Source of the DNA: an uncultured Victivallales bacterium
Lineage (GTDB): Bacteria > Verrucomicrobiota > Kiritimatiellia > UBA8416 > CAZASC01
DNA length: 64,000 bases
Assembly: GCA_964487695.1 (NCBI GenBank)
Contig: CAZASC010000003.1
Span: forward strand, 19,306 to 83,305
Direction: 5' to 3'
The notes below the pieces were generated by a model, which searched no databases, was not told the origin of the DNA, and saw nothing but the letters and a program-made list of their open reading frames with translations. Made by a program: the position numbers and the translations under genes. Shown piece after piece: positions 63,624 through 64,000 of the stretch (positions are counted from its first letter, which is position 1; every line of letters begins with the position of its first letter).

Positions 63624-64000
63624 ATGTTGATAATGCCTGAATTTATCGTCGTTGCCACGGCATTCGTCGTGTTGTTCGCGGATCTTGTTGTTGGCAAGGA
63701 GCGCAAAACCGTACTGGCCCCAATTGCGCTGGCTGGTCTTGGCGTGGCCGCTGTTACCGTTATTTCCATGATGCCTCATGCAGGCGTCACGATAGGCGGT
63801 CGCTTCTCTGTGGATGCCGTGGCCTGGTGGTTCAAGCTGCTGTTTATAGGCGCAGCAGCGATGACCGTGACGATGTCCATGGACACGCTCGATGGCCGCG
63901 CAGCCGTGCCGGCCGGGCTTGGGTCGCGCGGCGAGTACTACACCATCATGTTGCTCACGGTGTCGGGAATGATGTTCCTTGCATCCGCCACGGATTTGAT
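63624..64000 (+). CDS. nuoN: NADH-quinone oxidoreductase subunit N, 3'-truncated by the window end
   Basis: Not in the ORF track because there is no stop in the window. ATG 63624 has GAGGTG 8 nt upstream and an in-frame TGA at 63618. My translation, MLIMPEFIVVATAFVVLFADLVVGK...GEYYTIMLLTVSGMMFLASATDL, is NuoN-like. Confidence 0.75.
   Translation, partial: MLIMPEFIVVATAFVVLFADLVVGKERKTVLAPIALAGLGVAAVTVISMMPHAGVTIGGRFSVDAVAWWFKLLFIGAAAMTVTMSMDTLDGRAAVPAGLGSRGEYYTIMLLTVSGMMFLASATDL

Overview
This is a densely coding 64-kb window. GC looks mid-50s % by eye, and I found no rRNA, tRNA or CRISPR. It appears to come from an uncultivated, probably anaerobic or microaerophilic Gram-negative bacterium, and c-type cytochrome biology dominates the gene content. 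(1) 3-9314: a 5'-partial membrane fusion of over 1170 aa (spermidine-synthase-like + FMN-binding + NosR/NapH-like CX3CP module) converges on an ApbE flavin transferase. Upstream of apbE on the minus strand lie a NapC/NirT-type heptaheme, a CcsA/ResB System II pair and a small tetraheme. (2) 9791-20649, minus strand: a periplasmic YceI-peroxiredoxin fusion, a DUF3786 + MetE/UroD-like pair, a CooT-like protein with a His-rich tail, FdhD, and a formate dehydrogenase alpha subunit partnered with a NuoE-like protein and a NuoF-GltD fusion. (3) 20748-30793, minus strand: a methyltransferase, then a Qrc/ACIII-like module (pentaheme, TAT-exported MopB with FS0 cysteines, four-cluster FeS protein, large NrfD, four-domain cytochrome c). 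Three monoheme cytochromes, an outer-membrane porin and a CheY-like receiver precede it. (4) 30998-49942, plus strand: an apparently complete siroheme-dependent (Ahb) heme pathway (hemX-like, hemA, ahbC, ahbD, fused ahbAB, cbiK-like, sirC, hemC-cobA-hemD fusion, hemB, hemL). It is split by a cassette of a beta-barrel, a 21/22-heme lipoprotein, a 9-heme secreted cytochrome and a Cys-Pro lipoprotein. This cassette is my best candidate for an undescribed porin-cytochrome electron conduit. (5) recQ, a methyltransferase, and an AT-rich scar holding an hsdM remnant. (6) An 11-gene nuoABCDHIJKLMN operon that lacks nuoEFG; nuoN runs off the window. The main non-coding features are two copies of a palindromic element of about 115-120 bp with terminal inverted repeats, and a 131-nt extended hairpin. 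All functional calls rest on motif recognition by eye, with no database search.
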